Positions 1 to 14,904 of a stretch of DNA of 64,000 nt are shown one piece after another. Within the stretch, counting starts at the first letter, position 1. Every line of letters starts with the position of its first letter. The stretch is from the human T2T-CHM13v2.0 reference genome, Homo sapiens, in assembly GCF_009914755.1 (NCBI RefSeq), contig NC_060947.1. The stretch is one strand, 5' to 3'. Made by a program: the position numbers and the translations under genes. The notes beneath the pieces were generated by a model. The model saw only the letters and a program-made list of their open reading frames with translations. It was not told the DNA's origin and searched no databases.

Positions 1-2396
1 CAGCTCTACCCACCTATGCCCTATATCCCCTGCTGTCAGTAGCCTTGAATTCCCTAGACTTCATTTATGCCATCGATACTAACATGACCTTTATCCATGA
101 ATTGGGAAGATTGGCTTGATCGTCAGGAATCAGCCACACTCACCTGCACTGTGTCTTTTAACTTCTGTTATCATCTGCCCCTGGATCCCTAAGATCCAGT
201 TTTACATTCTAGGGCTTTGGCCCAAAGCTTGGAATTGAGTTTGGAACAGAAATGTCTCTTGGGAGCAGGGGGAGGAGGGGGGTTCGGGGTTGCATGGACT
301 CCTTATCATAAGCTGAATGCTAAGGTGAAGTTGTGGAATTGAGTCCTCCTCCAACAAGGGAGCAAAAATAATGTTTTGTGACACACCCAGATAACTGGTG
401 GCTATAGTTATGCTTGCTAAGACTTGGGTGCATGGTGCTTGGCTTTTGTTAGCGCCCTTGGTCTTACTTTCCCAAAAAGGAAACCTCCAAGTGATGGGCA
501 TCCTATTTATTCCCATCACCCGGCAGGATTTGCAGGATAATTGCTCAGAACTAGAATATTGATCCAGATTTTTACTTTACACATCCCTTTTCTTCTTTCT
601 GACCTGCAGCCAGAGATTGCTGGTTGGTTCACAGGAACAAGCAGGGTTAGACTAAAAATGTAGGCAAACACTTAAAAACAATTAATGAGTCTAGAATTTA
701 ATGACAAATGCATGATAACTTTTGAAACATAATTTCTCTCTCCAGTCCTCATTTTTGTTAAAAAAAAAAAAGAAAAAAAACATGATAGGACTGAGTTGTT
801 TGCAAAATATACTTTAGTCTTAGCCTGATTATTTGCACAAAGTGCAGCAAGAATAACTATTTCTACATAGGCCTTTTAGACTGGCTTTGATGGAACTCTG
901 TTCCACAAGGAATCTCAGATAAGACCTTTTAAAGCTGAGCCCAGCCATGGGCTTGTATCCTCAAATACTTGTGAGTTGGCTGATTCTTTCCTCTTGAGGG
1001 CCCATAATAAACTTGAAGCTCCTGGACCTGTCAGAAAGTGACATTCTTTACTTACCACAGGTCAGGAACCCTGTACAGGGACTGCATAGGCAAGGGCGTG
1101 AGACCAGTCTTCCCACGGGGCTTTTATTGGCTCTTCATGTCAAGATTGTCTCCTTAAAGGGAAACATACCCTTCCAGTCAAAGTCTTGATAAAATAACGA
1201 CTTTCTCCAATTGGGTCCTGTTGCAAAAGATGCAAACAACTGTACTGCCATAGGTTAAGAATACTCGCAGATAGTTTTCAAATTCTAGAGGAACCATGCA
1301 GAGAGAAACAAACATGCTCCAAATTTTGTTCACAGGCGTATACCTTACTCAATTATTAAAGGTTGTAAATAGCTCAAAATAAGTTTCCTTGACTCCAATA
1401 AACAGAACTAAGATTAGCAATATTCCAAGCAAAAGTTAAAAAGTTGTTTCAGCTTTCTGAGTTTAGTTCATTTAGTTCTTGCTTTGCTTGATATTGGTGA
1501 ACATTTTAGCTCTTCATGAGTTCTGTAAATTTTCCTATATTTCAATGTTACAATCTCCAAAATTATTAGAAACCTGTATTTGAGAGCACTTGTCAGAGTC
1601 CTGTAGCTTATTATAAACCATCATTTGAAAAGGATTAAACCAAGACAACAGTTGTCTGTGAATAGCAAAATGTCCAGGGCAGTTACGGTTAGAAACACAA
1701 TTGTTTATCTCTGTGGTTTACAATAACATAACAACCTAATTATGATTGATAGCATATACTCTGACATTAGAATTTTAGAAATCCCATACAATTTTAGAAC
1801 CTATATTAGCAGTATCTACCAAAATACAACTAAAGAAGATTGAACATTATTTTGGCAATTTCATGTAACTAAGCATGTCAAATAATCCTGTTTAGCTCTT
1901 TTCTAGATGTTTCAGGGGCTCTCTGATCCATCTAAAAAGCCAGGCATGAAGAAAGACAATACTGAAACTGAAGTTTGATTTTGGGAAGGCTGTTAAATAC
2001 GTTTGAGATCTAAAACACTTGATATTATGAAATAGAATTGCAGATTACCATGTTGTTTATTTTACAAAAATGATGACTCAAAAATTTTAAAGAAGCAAGA
2101 ATCTTTTATAACCATTTACAAATTTTGCCAAAGAGAAGATTAGCACCTTAGGAATACCTTGTTGTGCTTTTATGTTAATGTTCAATTTACAGAAAAACCA
2201 TATAATACCTTTTTTGAATTTAGTCAGTATGTTCACACAGACAACCTCTTCTGCAAGATTAATTTTTTGAAACCTTCCACCACTTGTTTGAACTTTTAGC
2301 TTTATCTTGTGTAATTTAAAGCAATCCTTTAACCCTAGGCAAAAATCTACATTTCCACGCCTTCTTATAACCTTTTACAAAAAATTAAAAGAAAAA

Positions 2397-2784
<388 letters not shown>

Positions 2785-4024
2785 CTAGAGATTTTTAACT
2801 TTGATGTAAAACCTGGTAAGTTGTCTTAATTGTGTGCTAGGTGTAGCCAAAGTTTGACTCCCAGCATAATTAAGGGCATGGTTAGCTCCGTATGTCCCCA
2901 GGCCTTACCAGTTGTGAAGCCAGTAAGTCAAATAGTTCTCAAAACCCAAAAGGCAGTTTATAACCTTAAAACATGTAGCAAACCTTGCATCTGACCTGCA
3001 TAATTTAGTCCACCTATTTACATTTTGACAACACCTGTTTTTACCAATAATCTTTAAGGCTTTTTCTTTATTATTCATAGATTAAAATCACATGAACTGA
3101 AAGGTACCATAGCTTTTATCTTCCCTTTAAAAAATATTTGATTCAAGTGCTTGTCTTTCTTTAGGCCAAATTAATTAGAGCTCTTTTTTGCAGATATCAT
3201 ACACAACACATATATAGTTACACAGACAGGCAGAAAAAAAACCCAGTTCCTGGGTGGGTCCCTTTAAGAGACAGGGGTAAGAAAACTTGCAGATATTAAA
3301 CCAGAAACAGACTCATTCCTTAAGTCAGGATTGCTAAACAAAGTCTTGCCATGGAGTTACAGGCCATACTTCCAGGATGTAAAAAAAAGATGGAGGCCTG
3401 CAGCAAAGTTTTCTATGAACCGTACAGACATGCAAAGCACACCAGATTGGCTACAGCTTAAGACCAGTCTCACACATCCTTTTTCACAATTAAAGCTTTA
3501 CAGAGAATATAAACAGTGACCCTTATCATTCCTAGCCTAGCAAAACATCTTCCAAAAGGAAACAAACAAACAAACAAACAAACTTGCTTAAAAGTTAACT
3601 GCTGACAGGGTGTAGAAAGAGCAGAAAAAAACAGTTTACAAATGTCCAGGGATGAACCTCTTATTTTTATGCAAGTGGATCCTCCATCAGGAAGAGAAAC
3701 TTAATTGCTGTAAGATGGTGCTGGCCTCCCTGGCCTGGAGAGAAAGAGACCCCATGGACATGTGGCAGAAAACATCAGCGATGCCCCTGGGGTGCCTTGG
3801 GCCATGTGTCCCATCCCCAGCAGGGAGGGGAAGGAGGCAAGAGCCACTGTTCATCAGTCCATCCTGAAAAAGGAAGAAAAAGGTCATGGAAAGGCCCCCG
3901 ACCCCCGGGAGTGATGGGGGTGGGGGCATGGTTTCCCTTACCCTCAGCAGTCCAAGGATGAAAAGGCTTAGAAACAAGAGGGGAAATGATTTCTTGGTTT
4001 GCATCTCACTCACCACTTCTCGAG

Positions 4025-4042
4025 CCCCCACGTTCCATGCCA
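4025..4042 (-). promoter_or_regulatory. Degenerate primer-binding site, closest to tRNA-Lys(CUU)
   Basis: Minus strand TGGCATGGAACGTGGGGG, 3 nt after the LTR end; 13/18 match to TGGCGCCCAACGTGGGGC. Confidence 0.55.
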
Positions 4043-4045
4043 AAA

Positions 4046-4383
4046 TGTTGTGGTACTTTTCTTCAGTTCAGCTAAAGATGGGGTCCTTGTCACACAGCCA
4101 GAAAAGATTAGGCTTGCAGACAATTTGAAGGGTGAGACTAATTGGACATATTGGGCAAAAAGGTTGAAAACGGGGAAGAGGAACCCAACAGAGTGAGAGT
4201 TCTTCTAGTATAGGCTTCCCACCTCACAGATTGAATCCCAGGTACCACCCAAGAAGAGGAGGGGCAGGCTCCTCCCCACTGCAAAGGGCACAAACTTCTG
4301 TGGCTCCACCCCAGTGCACACTCCTCCCAGTGCGTAGGCCAACTGGAGTTTCTCTGGGGACTCTGTCCCTCCTGGCTGTCTCA
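4046..4383 (-). mobile_element. LTR9-family 5' LTR
   Basis: Minus strand starts TGAGACAGCCAGG...GAGAAACTCC and ends TCTTTAGCTGAACTGAAGAAAAGTACCACAACA (TG...CA). Confidence 0.75.
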
Positions 4384-7300
4384 CAACTATTCTGCTCCTG
4401 CCTGAACAGTTCTCTGAAGAATATATCCCAGAAGCAACCCACAGCTCCTCCATTATTGCAGCTGCAGTTGTGATGCCCTAACCACCACTGGGCTGAGGAA
4501 GGAATAAAGGGCTTGGTTGCTATGCTTGCACCTGTGGCACACTGCAGCCACCATATGGAGAGAGGACAGTTTCTCTTTTCTGGGAGCCCTCAACCCTCAT
4601 TCTTCACCAAGAATGGTCCCCAGCTCAGGACCTTCAGCTAAGCATACGCACTGCCAGTGTCACTGTGTTTCTTTGGTAAGGATATTCCAAAGCCAACAAA
4701 AAGCCCCATCTCACTGCCATGTTCGTGGTTCCTCCCCTGTTGCCCTCTATCAGGGGGAGGAACAAAGAGCCTGAGGGCTTCACCTGTACTTCCACCATGC
4801 TAGAGTTGCCATATGGAGAGGAGCCCAGTCTCTCTGTGAGCCCTCAACCTCCTGCTCTTCAAAGATAAAAAATCTATGACTAACTGGTGTCCTTGAAAGA
4901 GATGGGTAGAAAGCAAGCAACTTGGAACACATATTTCAGGATCTTATCTATAAAAATTCCCCAACCTCACTAGAGAGGCCAAATTCTGGAAATGTAGGGA
5001 ACTCCTGTAAAATACTACACAAGAAGACCATTCCCAAGACACGTAATTCTCAGATTCTCCAAGGTTGATATGAAAGAAAAAATGTTAACAGCAGCTATAG
5101 AGAAGGGGCAGATCACCTAAAATGGAAATCCCATCAGGCTAAAAACAGACCTTTCAGTAGAAACCCTACAAGCCAAAAGAGACTAGGGGCCTATATTCAG
5201 AATACTTAAAGAAAATAATTTTCAACCAATAACTTTATAATCAGCCAAACTAAGCTTTGTATGTGAAGAAAAAATAAGATCTTTTTCAGACAAGCAAAGG
5301 CTGAGGAAATTTGTAACCTCTACTCTAGCCGTACAGGAGGTCCTGAAAGAAGTGCTTAACATGGAAAGGAAAGATGGTTACCAGCCACTACAAAAACACA
5401 CTTAAGTACATAGACCATTGACACCATAAAGCAACCACATGAACAAGTCTGTATAATAATCATCTAACAACATGATGACAGGATCAAATCCGCACATATC
5501 CTTATTAACCTTGAATGTAAATGGGCTAAATGCCCCAATTAAAACGCTTTGCACAGAGTGGCAAAGCAAGACCCAATATAGGTATGCTGACTTTAGGAGA
5601 CCCATCTTACATGCAATGACACCCATAACCTCAAAATAAAGGGATGTAGAAAATCTACCAAGCAAAAAGAAAAAAGGTTGGGTTGCTATCCTAATTTCAG
5701 ACAAAACAGACTTTAAACCAGTAAAGATCAAGAAAGATAAAGAAGGGCATTACATAATGGTAAAGGGTTCAATTCAACAAGAAGACTTAACTATCCTAAA
5801 TATGTACATACCCAAAAGAGAAGCATTTAGATTCATAAAGCAAGTTCTTAGAGATCTATGAAGAGTCTTAGATTTTTACATAATAATAGTGTGAGATTTT
5901 AACACCCAACTGACAGTACTAGACAGACCATCGAGGCAGAACATTAACTATGATATTCAAGGCCTGAAGTTGACACTTGAACAAATGCACCTCATAGGCA
6001 TCTATAGAACTCTCCACTCAAAAACAATAGAATATACATTCTTCTCATCAGCACATGGTGAATACACTAAAATAGGCCACATAATTGAACATAAAAAAAT
6101 TCTAAACAAATTTTAAAAAACTGATATCACACCAACCACACTTTCAGAAAACAGCATAATAAAAATAAAGAACAATAATAGGGAATGCACTCAAAACTAT
6201 AAAATTACATGGAAATTAAACAACCTGCTCCTAAAGGACTTCGGGGTAAATCATTTAATTAAGGCAGAAATCAAGAAAACCTTTGAAACTAATGAGAACA
6301 AAGATACAACATATTAGAATCTCTGGGACACAGATAAGTCAATCTTAAGAGAAAAGCTTATGTCACTAAATGTCCACAACAAAAAATTAGAATAATCATA
6401 AATTAATAACATCATAAGACACATAAAGGAATTAGAGAAACAATAGTAAACCAATCCCCAAACTAGAAGAATGGAAAGCAAAATCAGAGCTGAACTAAAA
6501 AGCCAGAAAAAGCATACAAAAAAACCATACAAAAGATCCACACATCCAGGAATTGGTTCTTCGAATATATTATTAAGAAACATAGACTACTAGCTAGACT
6601 ACTAAAAATAGGGAGAAGATCCAAAAAAAACTCAATCTGAAATAAAAAAGGGGACATTATCATTGACCCCGCAGAAATTAAAAAATGAATACAACTCTCA
6701 GAGACTACTAAAAACACCTCTATGCACACAAACTTGAAAACCTAGAAGAAATGGTTAAATTTGTGGACACGTACAATCTTCAAAGACTGAACCAGGAAGA
6801 TGTGGAATTCCTGAACAGACCAATAATGAGTTTGAAAATTGAATCAGTAGCCAAAAGGCTACCAACCAAAAAAAGCTCAGGACCAGATGACCGAACAGCT
6901 GAATTCTACAAGATGTATAAAGAAGAGATGGTATCATTCCTACTGAAACTATTCCAAAAAAATGGGGAGGAGGAACTCCTCCAAGACTCACACAATGAGG
7001 CAAGCATCATCCCAATAACAAAACCTGGCTGAAACACAACAAAAAGAAAACTTCAGGCCAATATCCTTGATGAACATCAATGCAAAAATAGTTTAAAAAA
7101 TACTAGCCCACCAAATCGAACAGACATCAGAAAGCTAATCCACCACAATTAAGTAGGCTTTATTCCTGGGATCCAAAGAGGGTTCAACATATGCAAATCA
7201 ATAAATGTGATTAATCACATAAACAAAACTAAAAAAATATGATTATCTAACTAGATGCAAAAAAGCCTTCTGCTAAAATTCAACATTCCTTCATGTTAAA

Positions 7301-10300
7301 AACCCTCAACCAATAGGCGTTGAAGGAACACACTTCAAAATATTAAGAGGCATCTATGCCAAACCTACAGCCAATATCATATTGAATGGAAAAAAGCTGG
7401 AATCATTCCTATTGAAAACTAGGACAAGACAAGGATGCCATCTCTTACCACTCCTATTTAACATAGTACTTGAAGTCATGGTCTGAGCAATCAGGCAAGA
7501 AAAGACATAATAGGAATCCAGTTAAGAAGAGAGGAAATTTAACTCTTCCTGTTTTCTGATGATATAACTGTATACCTAGAAAATCACGTAGTATCTGCCT
7601 AAAAGCTCATTGATCTAATAAATAACTTCAACAAAGTTTCAGGATACAAAATCAGTGTACAAAAATCAGTAGCATGCCTATACACCAAAAACATCCAAGC
7701 TGAGAGCCAAATCAAAAATGTACTTCCATTCACAATTGCCATAAAAGAATAAAATACCTGTGAATACAGCTAATTAAGGAAGTAAAAGATACCTATAATA
7801 AGAATTAGAAAACATTATTCAAAGAAATCAGAAATGATATAAACAAATGGAAAAACATTTTATGATCATGGATAGGAAGAATCAATACTGTTAAAATGGC
7901 CATACTGCTCAAAGCAATTTACAGATTCAATGCTATTCCTATCAAACTACCAATGACACTCTTCATGGAATTATCAAAAACCATGTTAAAATTCATATGG
8001 AAACAATAAGGAGTCTAAATATCCAAGGCAATCCTGTGCAAAAGAATAAAGCTGGAGGCATCACATTACCTGACTTCAAACTATTCTACATGGCTACAGA
8101 AATAAAACAGCCTGGTATTGGTACAAAAACAGACATATAGACCAATGGAGTGAATAGAAAGCCCAGAAATAATATCACACACTTACAATCATTCTATCTT
8201 TGACAAAGTCAACAAAAACAAGCAATGAGAAAAGGACTGTAAATTCAATAAATGGTGCTGAGATAACTGGCTAGTCATATACAGAAAATTGAAACTGGAT
8301 CCCTTGCTTACACTGCATATGGAAATCAACTCATGATGAATTAAAGACTTAAATGTAAAAACTAAAAGAATAAAAACCCTGGGAGATAACCTAGGAAATA
8401 CCATTCTGGTCATAGGACCTAGCAAAGCTTTCATTATGAGACAGGAAAAGCAATTGCAATAAAAATAAAAATGGAAAAATGAGACCTAATTAAACTAAAA
8501 CACTTCTGCACAGCAAAATAAACTATCAACAGAATAAACAAACAAACTACAGAATGGGAGTAAATATTTGCAAATTAGGCATCTGTATCAGTCCATTCTC
8601 ACACTGCTATAAAGACATACCTGAGACTAGGTAATTTATGAAGAAAAAAGCTCTAATTGACTTACAGTTCCACAGGCTGTACAGGAAGCATAGTTGGGGA
8701 AGCCTCAGGGAACTTACAACCATGGTGGAAGGCAAAAGGGAAGCAGGCACATCTTGATATGACAGAGCAGGAAAGGGAGAATGAAGGGGGAAGTGCTACA
8801 CACTTTTAAATAACCAGATCTTGTGAGAAATCACTCACTATCACAAGAAGGGCAAGGAGGAAGTTTACCCTCATGATCCAATCACCTTCCACCAGGCCTC
8901 TCCTCCAAAACTGAGGGTTATAATTTGACATGAGATTTGGGTGGAGACACAGATCCAAACCACATTATTCTGCCGCTGGCCCCACCCAAATCCCATGTTC
9001 TTCTCACATTTCAAAGCACAATCATGCCTCCCTAACAGTCTCCCAAAGCCTTAACTCATTCCAGCATTAACTCAAAAGTCCAAGTCCAAACTCTCATCTG
9101 AGACAAAGCAAATCTCTTCTGTCTATGAGCCTGTAAAATAAAAAGGAGTTAGTTACTTCCAAGATACAATGGGGGTACAGGTGTTGGTTAAATACTCCCA
9201 TTCTAAAAGGGAGAGATTGGCCAAAACACAAAAGCTACAGGTCCCTTGTATGTCCAAAACCCAGCAGGGCAGTCATTTAATCTTAAAGCTCCGAAATAGT
9301 ATCTTTTGACTCCATGTCTCACAACAAAGCCACAATGATGCAAAGGGTGGGCTCCCAAGGCCTTGGGCATCTCTGCCCTTGTGGCTGTACAGGGTACACA
9401 CTTGGCTGCTTTCATTGGTTGGCGTTAAGTCCCTGTGGCTTTTCCAGGTGCACAGTGCAAGCTGTTGGTGAATCTAACATTCCAGAAGCTGGAGGACAGT
9501 AGCCCTCTTCTCACAGCTCCACCAGACAGTGCCTAGGCAGTGGGATCTCTGCATGGTGGCTCCAACTCCACATTTCCCCTCCATGCTGCCCTAGTAGATG
9601 TTTTCCATGAGGGCTCTACCCCTGCAGCAGGCTTCTGCCTGGACATCCAGGTGTTTCTGTACATCCCCTGAAATCTAGGCAGAGGCTCCCAAGCCTCAAC
9701 TCTTGCCCTCTGTGCACCACAGACTTAACACCACTTGCAAGCCTTAGCTGCTTCCGGCTTGCACCTTTCAGAGCAGCAGCCTGAGACATATTTGGGGACC
9801 TTTTAGCCATGGTTGGAGCAGAAGTGACTGGGATGCAGAAAGCAATGTCCCGAGGTTGCACAGGACAGTGGGGCCCTGTGTGTGGCCCACAAAACCATTC
9901 TTCCCCTCAAGGCCTCGGGGCCTGTGATGAGAGGGGTTGCTGCAAAGATCACCAAAATGCTTTGCACACATTTCCCCCATTGTCTTGGCAATTAATATTC
10001 AATGTTACTTTTGCAAATTTCTGCAACTGGCTTGAATTCCTCCCTTGAAAAATAGGATTTTCTTTTCTACCACATGGCCATCCTGCAAAATTTTCAAGCT
10101 TTTATGCTCTGCTTCCCTTTTCAACATGAGTTTCAGTTTCAGATTATCTTTTTGCTCATGAATGTAAGCATGTGCTGTTTGAAGCAGACAGGTCACATGG
10201 TAAATGGTTTGCTGCTTAGAAATAGAAATTTCTTCCACCAGACACCCCAAATTGTCTATCTCAAGTTCAAAGTTTCACAGATCTCTAGCGCAGGGGCAAA

Positions 10301-11910
10301 ATGCTGCCAGTCTGTTTGCTAAAGTATAGCAAGAGTGACCGTTACTGCAGTTCCCAGTAAGTTTCTCATCTCCATCTGATACCACCTCAGCCTAGACTTC
10401 ATTGATCATATCACTATCAGCATTTGGTCACAGCAATTTAAGAAGTCTCTGGGAAGTTGTGAACTTTCCTACATCTTGCCTTGTTCTGAACTCTCCAAAC
10501 TGTTCCAACCTCTACACACTACCCAGGTGCAAATCTACTTCCACATTTTCAGGTATCCTTATAACAATGCCCCACTCCTGGTACCAGTGTTCTGTATTAG
10601 TCTGGTCTCACAATGCCAAAAAGACATACTGGAGACTGGGTAATTTATGAAGAAAAGAGGGTTAATTGACTCACAGTACTGCAACCTGTATAGGACACAA
10701 GGCTGGGGAGGCCTCAGGAAACTTGTAATCATGGTGGAAGGCAAAGGGGAAGCAAACACATCTTCACATGGTGGAGCAGGAGAGAGAGAAAAGGGGGAAA
10801 GTGCTATACACTTTTAAATAACCAAATCTTGTGAGAACTCACTCACTATCATGAGAACAGAAAGGAGGAAATTTTCCCTCATGATCCAATCACCTCCCGC
10901 CAGGCCACTCTTCCAACACTGAGGATTACAACTTGACATGAGATTTGGGTGGGGACACAGAGCCAAACTGTATCAGCATCTGACAAAGGTTTAATATCCA
11001 GAATCTATGTTTGTAAATTAAACAAATTTGTAAATTTGTAAATTAAACACATTCGCAAGTAAAACACAACCTCTCTAAAAGGTAGGCAAAAGACATGAAA
11101 AAAACACATTTGAAAAGAAGACATATGCACAGCCAACAAGCATATAAAAAATACTCAACATTACTATTTATCAGAGAAATGCAAATCAAAACGACAATGA
11201 GATACCATCTCACAACAGTCAGATTGGCTATATTATAAAGTAAAAATATAACATATGCTTGTGAACTTGCAAACAAAAATCAATACTTACACACTTTTGG
11301 TGACAGAGTCAATTAGTTCAACCATTGTGGAAAGCAGTGTGGCAATTCCTCAAAGAACTAAAGACAGAACTACCATTCAACCCAGTAATCCCATTATTAG
11401 GTATATACCTAAAGGAATATAAATTATTCTACCATAAAGATACATGTATATTGATTGCAGTGCTATTCACAGTAGCAAAGACATAGACTCAACATAAATG
11501 CCCATCAATGGTAGACTGGACAAAAAAGTGTGGTACATATACATCATGGAATACTATGTACCCATTAAAAAAAGAATGAGATCATGTCCTTTGCAGCAAC
11601 ATACATATAGCTGGAGGTCATTATCCTAAGCAAACTAATGCAGGAACAGAAAATCAAATACCACATATTTTCACTCATAAGTGGGAGCTGAACAATGAGA
11701 ACACATTGACACAAAAAAGGGAACAGACACCAGGACCTACTTGAGGGTGGAGGGTAGGAAGAGAGAGAGGTTCAAAAATCTACTTATCATGTACTGTGGT
11801 TATTCCTAGTGTAATGGCATAGTCTGTACATCAAACCCTTGTGACATGCAGTTTACCTATGTAACAAACCTGCACATGTATCCCTGAACCTAGAAACAAA
11901 GTTAAAAAAA
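4384..11910 (+). mobile_element. Old primate L1 (L1PA15/16-like): partial 5'UTR, ORF1 3' half, decayed ORF2, 3'UTR; split by MSTA provirus
   Basis: Decayed ORF2 peptide (6751-7032) and 3' end GTAACAAACCTGCACATGTATCCCTGAACC followed by an A tail. Confidence 0.9.
8584..10975 (-). mobile_element. Full MSTA (MaLR) provirus: LTR 8584-8967, internal 8968-10592, LTR 10593-10975
   Basis: Two similar LTRs; perfect 5-bp TSD GCATC (8579-8583, 10976-10980); host L1 is contiguous once it is removed. Confidence 0.92.
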
Positions 11911-14880
11911 TGTGATGAAAAAGGTGATATTATAGCTGATGCCACACAAATACAATGGTTTGCTATAGACTAATATGAGTAACTATATGCCAAAATATTG
12001 GGAAACAAAAAAGAAATGGATAAATTATAGACACATCCAACCTATCAAGTTTGAACAATGAAGAAATCCAAAATTTGGAAAGACTAATAACAAGTAATGT
12101 GATCAAAGCCATAATAAAAATTATCCCATCAAAGAAAAACTCAAGACCCAATGGCTTCACTGCCGTACTTTACCAAACATATAAGGATGAACTCATACCA
12201 ATTGTGCTCAAACTATTCCAAAAATTAGAGGAGTAGGGAATACTTTCCATCTTATTCCATAGGCCAGGATTACTGTGATAGAAAAAAAAACAAAGACACA
12301 TATTAACTACAGGTTAATATGTCTGATGAATATTGATGCAAAAACTCTCAACAAAATATCAGTAAACAAAATTTAACAGCATATTAAAAAGATCACTCAT
12401 CATGACCATGTGAGATTTGTTTCAAGGATACAAGGATGGCTCAACTTATGCAAATTCATGTAATACATCATATCAACAGAATGAAGAACAAAAACCATAT
12501 GATCATTTTAATAAATGCTGAAAAAGCCTATGATAAAATTCAACATCACTTCCTGATAATAACCCTAAAAAAACTGAGCATACAGGTATCATAAAACAAC
12601 ACAATAAAACCCATGTAAAATAGATCCACAGCTTGTATCATATTGAAAGGGAAACACTAAAAGCCTTTATTCTAAGATCTGGAACAGGACAATAATGCCC
12701 ACTTTAAACACTGTCATTCAACATTGTACTTAATTTGTAGCTAGAGAAAACAGACAAAAAAAGAAATAAAGAGCATTCAAATTGTAAAAGAAGAACTCCA
12801 ATTATCTTTGTTTGCAGGTGGTATGATTTTGTATTTGGTAAAACTTAAAGGCTCCATCACAACACTATAAGAATTGATAAACAAATTCACTGCAGCTAAC
12901 AATATTCTGAAATAGAAATCAAGAAGTATTTCCATTTACAATTGCTACAAAAAAATAAAAAACCTAGGAGTAAACTTAACCAAAGAATAGAAAAATCTCC
13001 GCAATAAAAATTATAAAACTTTGATGAAAAAAATTGAAGAGGACACAAAAAATGGAAAGATATTCCATGTGCATGAATTGGAATACTAAATATTGCTAAA
13101 ACGTCTATACTACCCAAAATATTCTACAGATTCAGTGCAATCCATATCAAATACCAATGACATTCTTCATAAAAGTAGAGAAAATAATCTTAAAATATAT
13201 ATGGAACCACAAAAGACCAAAGACAGCGAAAGCCATCCTGAGGAAAAAGAACAAAACCATAAGATTCACATTATTAGACTTTGAATTTTACTACAGAGGC
13301 ATAGTAACCAAAGCAACATAAGACTGACACACAAACAGACACATAGACCAATGGAACAAAATATAGAACCCAGAAATAAATCAATACCTCTACAATAAAT
13401 TCATTTTCAACAAATGTGTCAGGAACATACATTGGGAAAATGACCATCTCTTTAATAAATGAAACTTATTTAATAAATGAAACTGGTAACCATATGCAGA
13501 AAAATAAAATGAGACCACTATTTCTCATCATATACAAAAGTAAAATGAAAATTGATTAAAAACTTTAACCTAAAACATCAGACTATGAAAATACTAAAAG
13601 AAAACCTTTAGGATACTCTCCAGAACATTGGCATGGGTAGATTTCTTGAGTAATACCACGAAAAGCACAGCCAGCAAAAGCGAAAATAGGCAAATGAGAT
13701 TACATCAAGTTAAAAAGCTTCTGCATAACAAAGAAAACAATCAGTGAAGTGCAGAGAAAACCCACAGAATGGGAGAAAATATTTGTAAACTATTCATCTC
13801 ACTAGAGATTAATAACCAGAATGTACAAGCAGCACAAACCACTCTGTAGAAAAATATTTAATAATCGGATTCAGAAATGGATTAAAAATTTAAACTGATG
13901 TTCCTCTAAAGAAGACATACAAATGGCCAGCAGATGTTTAAAAAGGTGCCCAAAATATTGATCAGCAGAGAAATGCAAATCAAAACTACAATGAGATATC
14001 ATCTCACCCCAGTTAAAATGGCTTATATCCAAAAGACAGGCAGTAAACAATACTAGTGAGGACGTACAGAAAGGGGAATCCTCATGCACCGTTGGTGAGA
14101 ATATAAATTTGTAAAGCCAGTATAAACAAACATATGGAAGTTTCTCAAAATATAAAAATAGAATTACCATATGATTTAGCAATTCTACTTCTAGATTTGT
14201 ACTCAAAAGAAAGGAAATCAGTAAATTGAAGAGTTATCTACACTCCCATGTTTATTGAAAGCCTATTCACAATAGCTAAGATTTGGAAGCAACCTAAGTG
14301 TCCATCAGCAGATGAATGGATAAGAAAAGTGTTGTACATATACACAACGGAGTACTATTTAGCCATAAAATATGAGAGCCTGTCATTTGCAACATAGATG
14401 GAGTTGGAGGTAACTATGTTAAGTTAAATAAGCCAGGCACATAAAGACATACTTTGCATGTTCTCACTTATTTGTGGGAGCTAAAAATTAAAACAAATGA
14501 ACTAATGAAGATAGAGAATAGTATGCTGTTTACTAGAAGCTGATATAGATAGTATAGGAGGGAATTCGGGGATGGTTAATGGATACAAAATATAGCTAGA
14601 TAGAATATATAAATTCTAGCATGTGATAGCACAACAGAGTGACTTCAGTCAATAATAACTTATTGTTCATTTAAAAATAACTAAAATGATATAATTTGAA
14701 TGTTCATAACACAAAAATTATTAAATTTTGGAGGTGATGGATACCCCATTTACATTGATGTTATTCTTAAACATTGTATGTCTGTATCAACATATCTCAT
14801 GAATTCCATAAATACATACACCTACTATGTTTCCATAAAAATTAAAAACAAAACAAATTAAAACAAAAACAAAAAACACA
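11911..14880 (+). mobile_element. L1MA2/3-like ORF2 and 3'UTR fragment
   Basis: ORF2 remnant (12051-12236) and L1MA-type 3' end with A-rich tail. Confidence 0.85.
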
Positions 14881-14904
14881 AATATTAAATAGAATGTTAA
14901 ATAC

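Noticed and set aside
9203-10759. ORF clusters in MSTA and THE1 (36.7-38.0 kb) internal regions
   Set aside because: Fragments of decayed MaLR sequence with no intact ORF.
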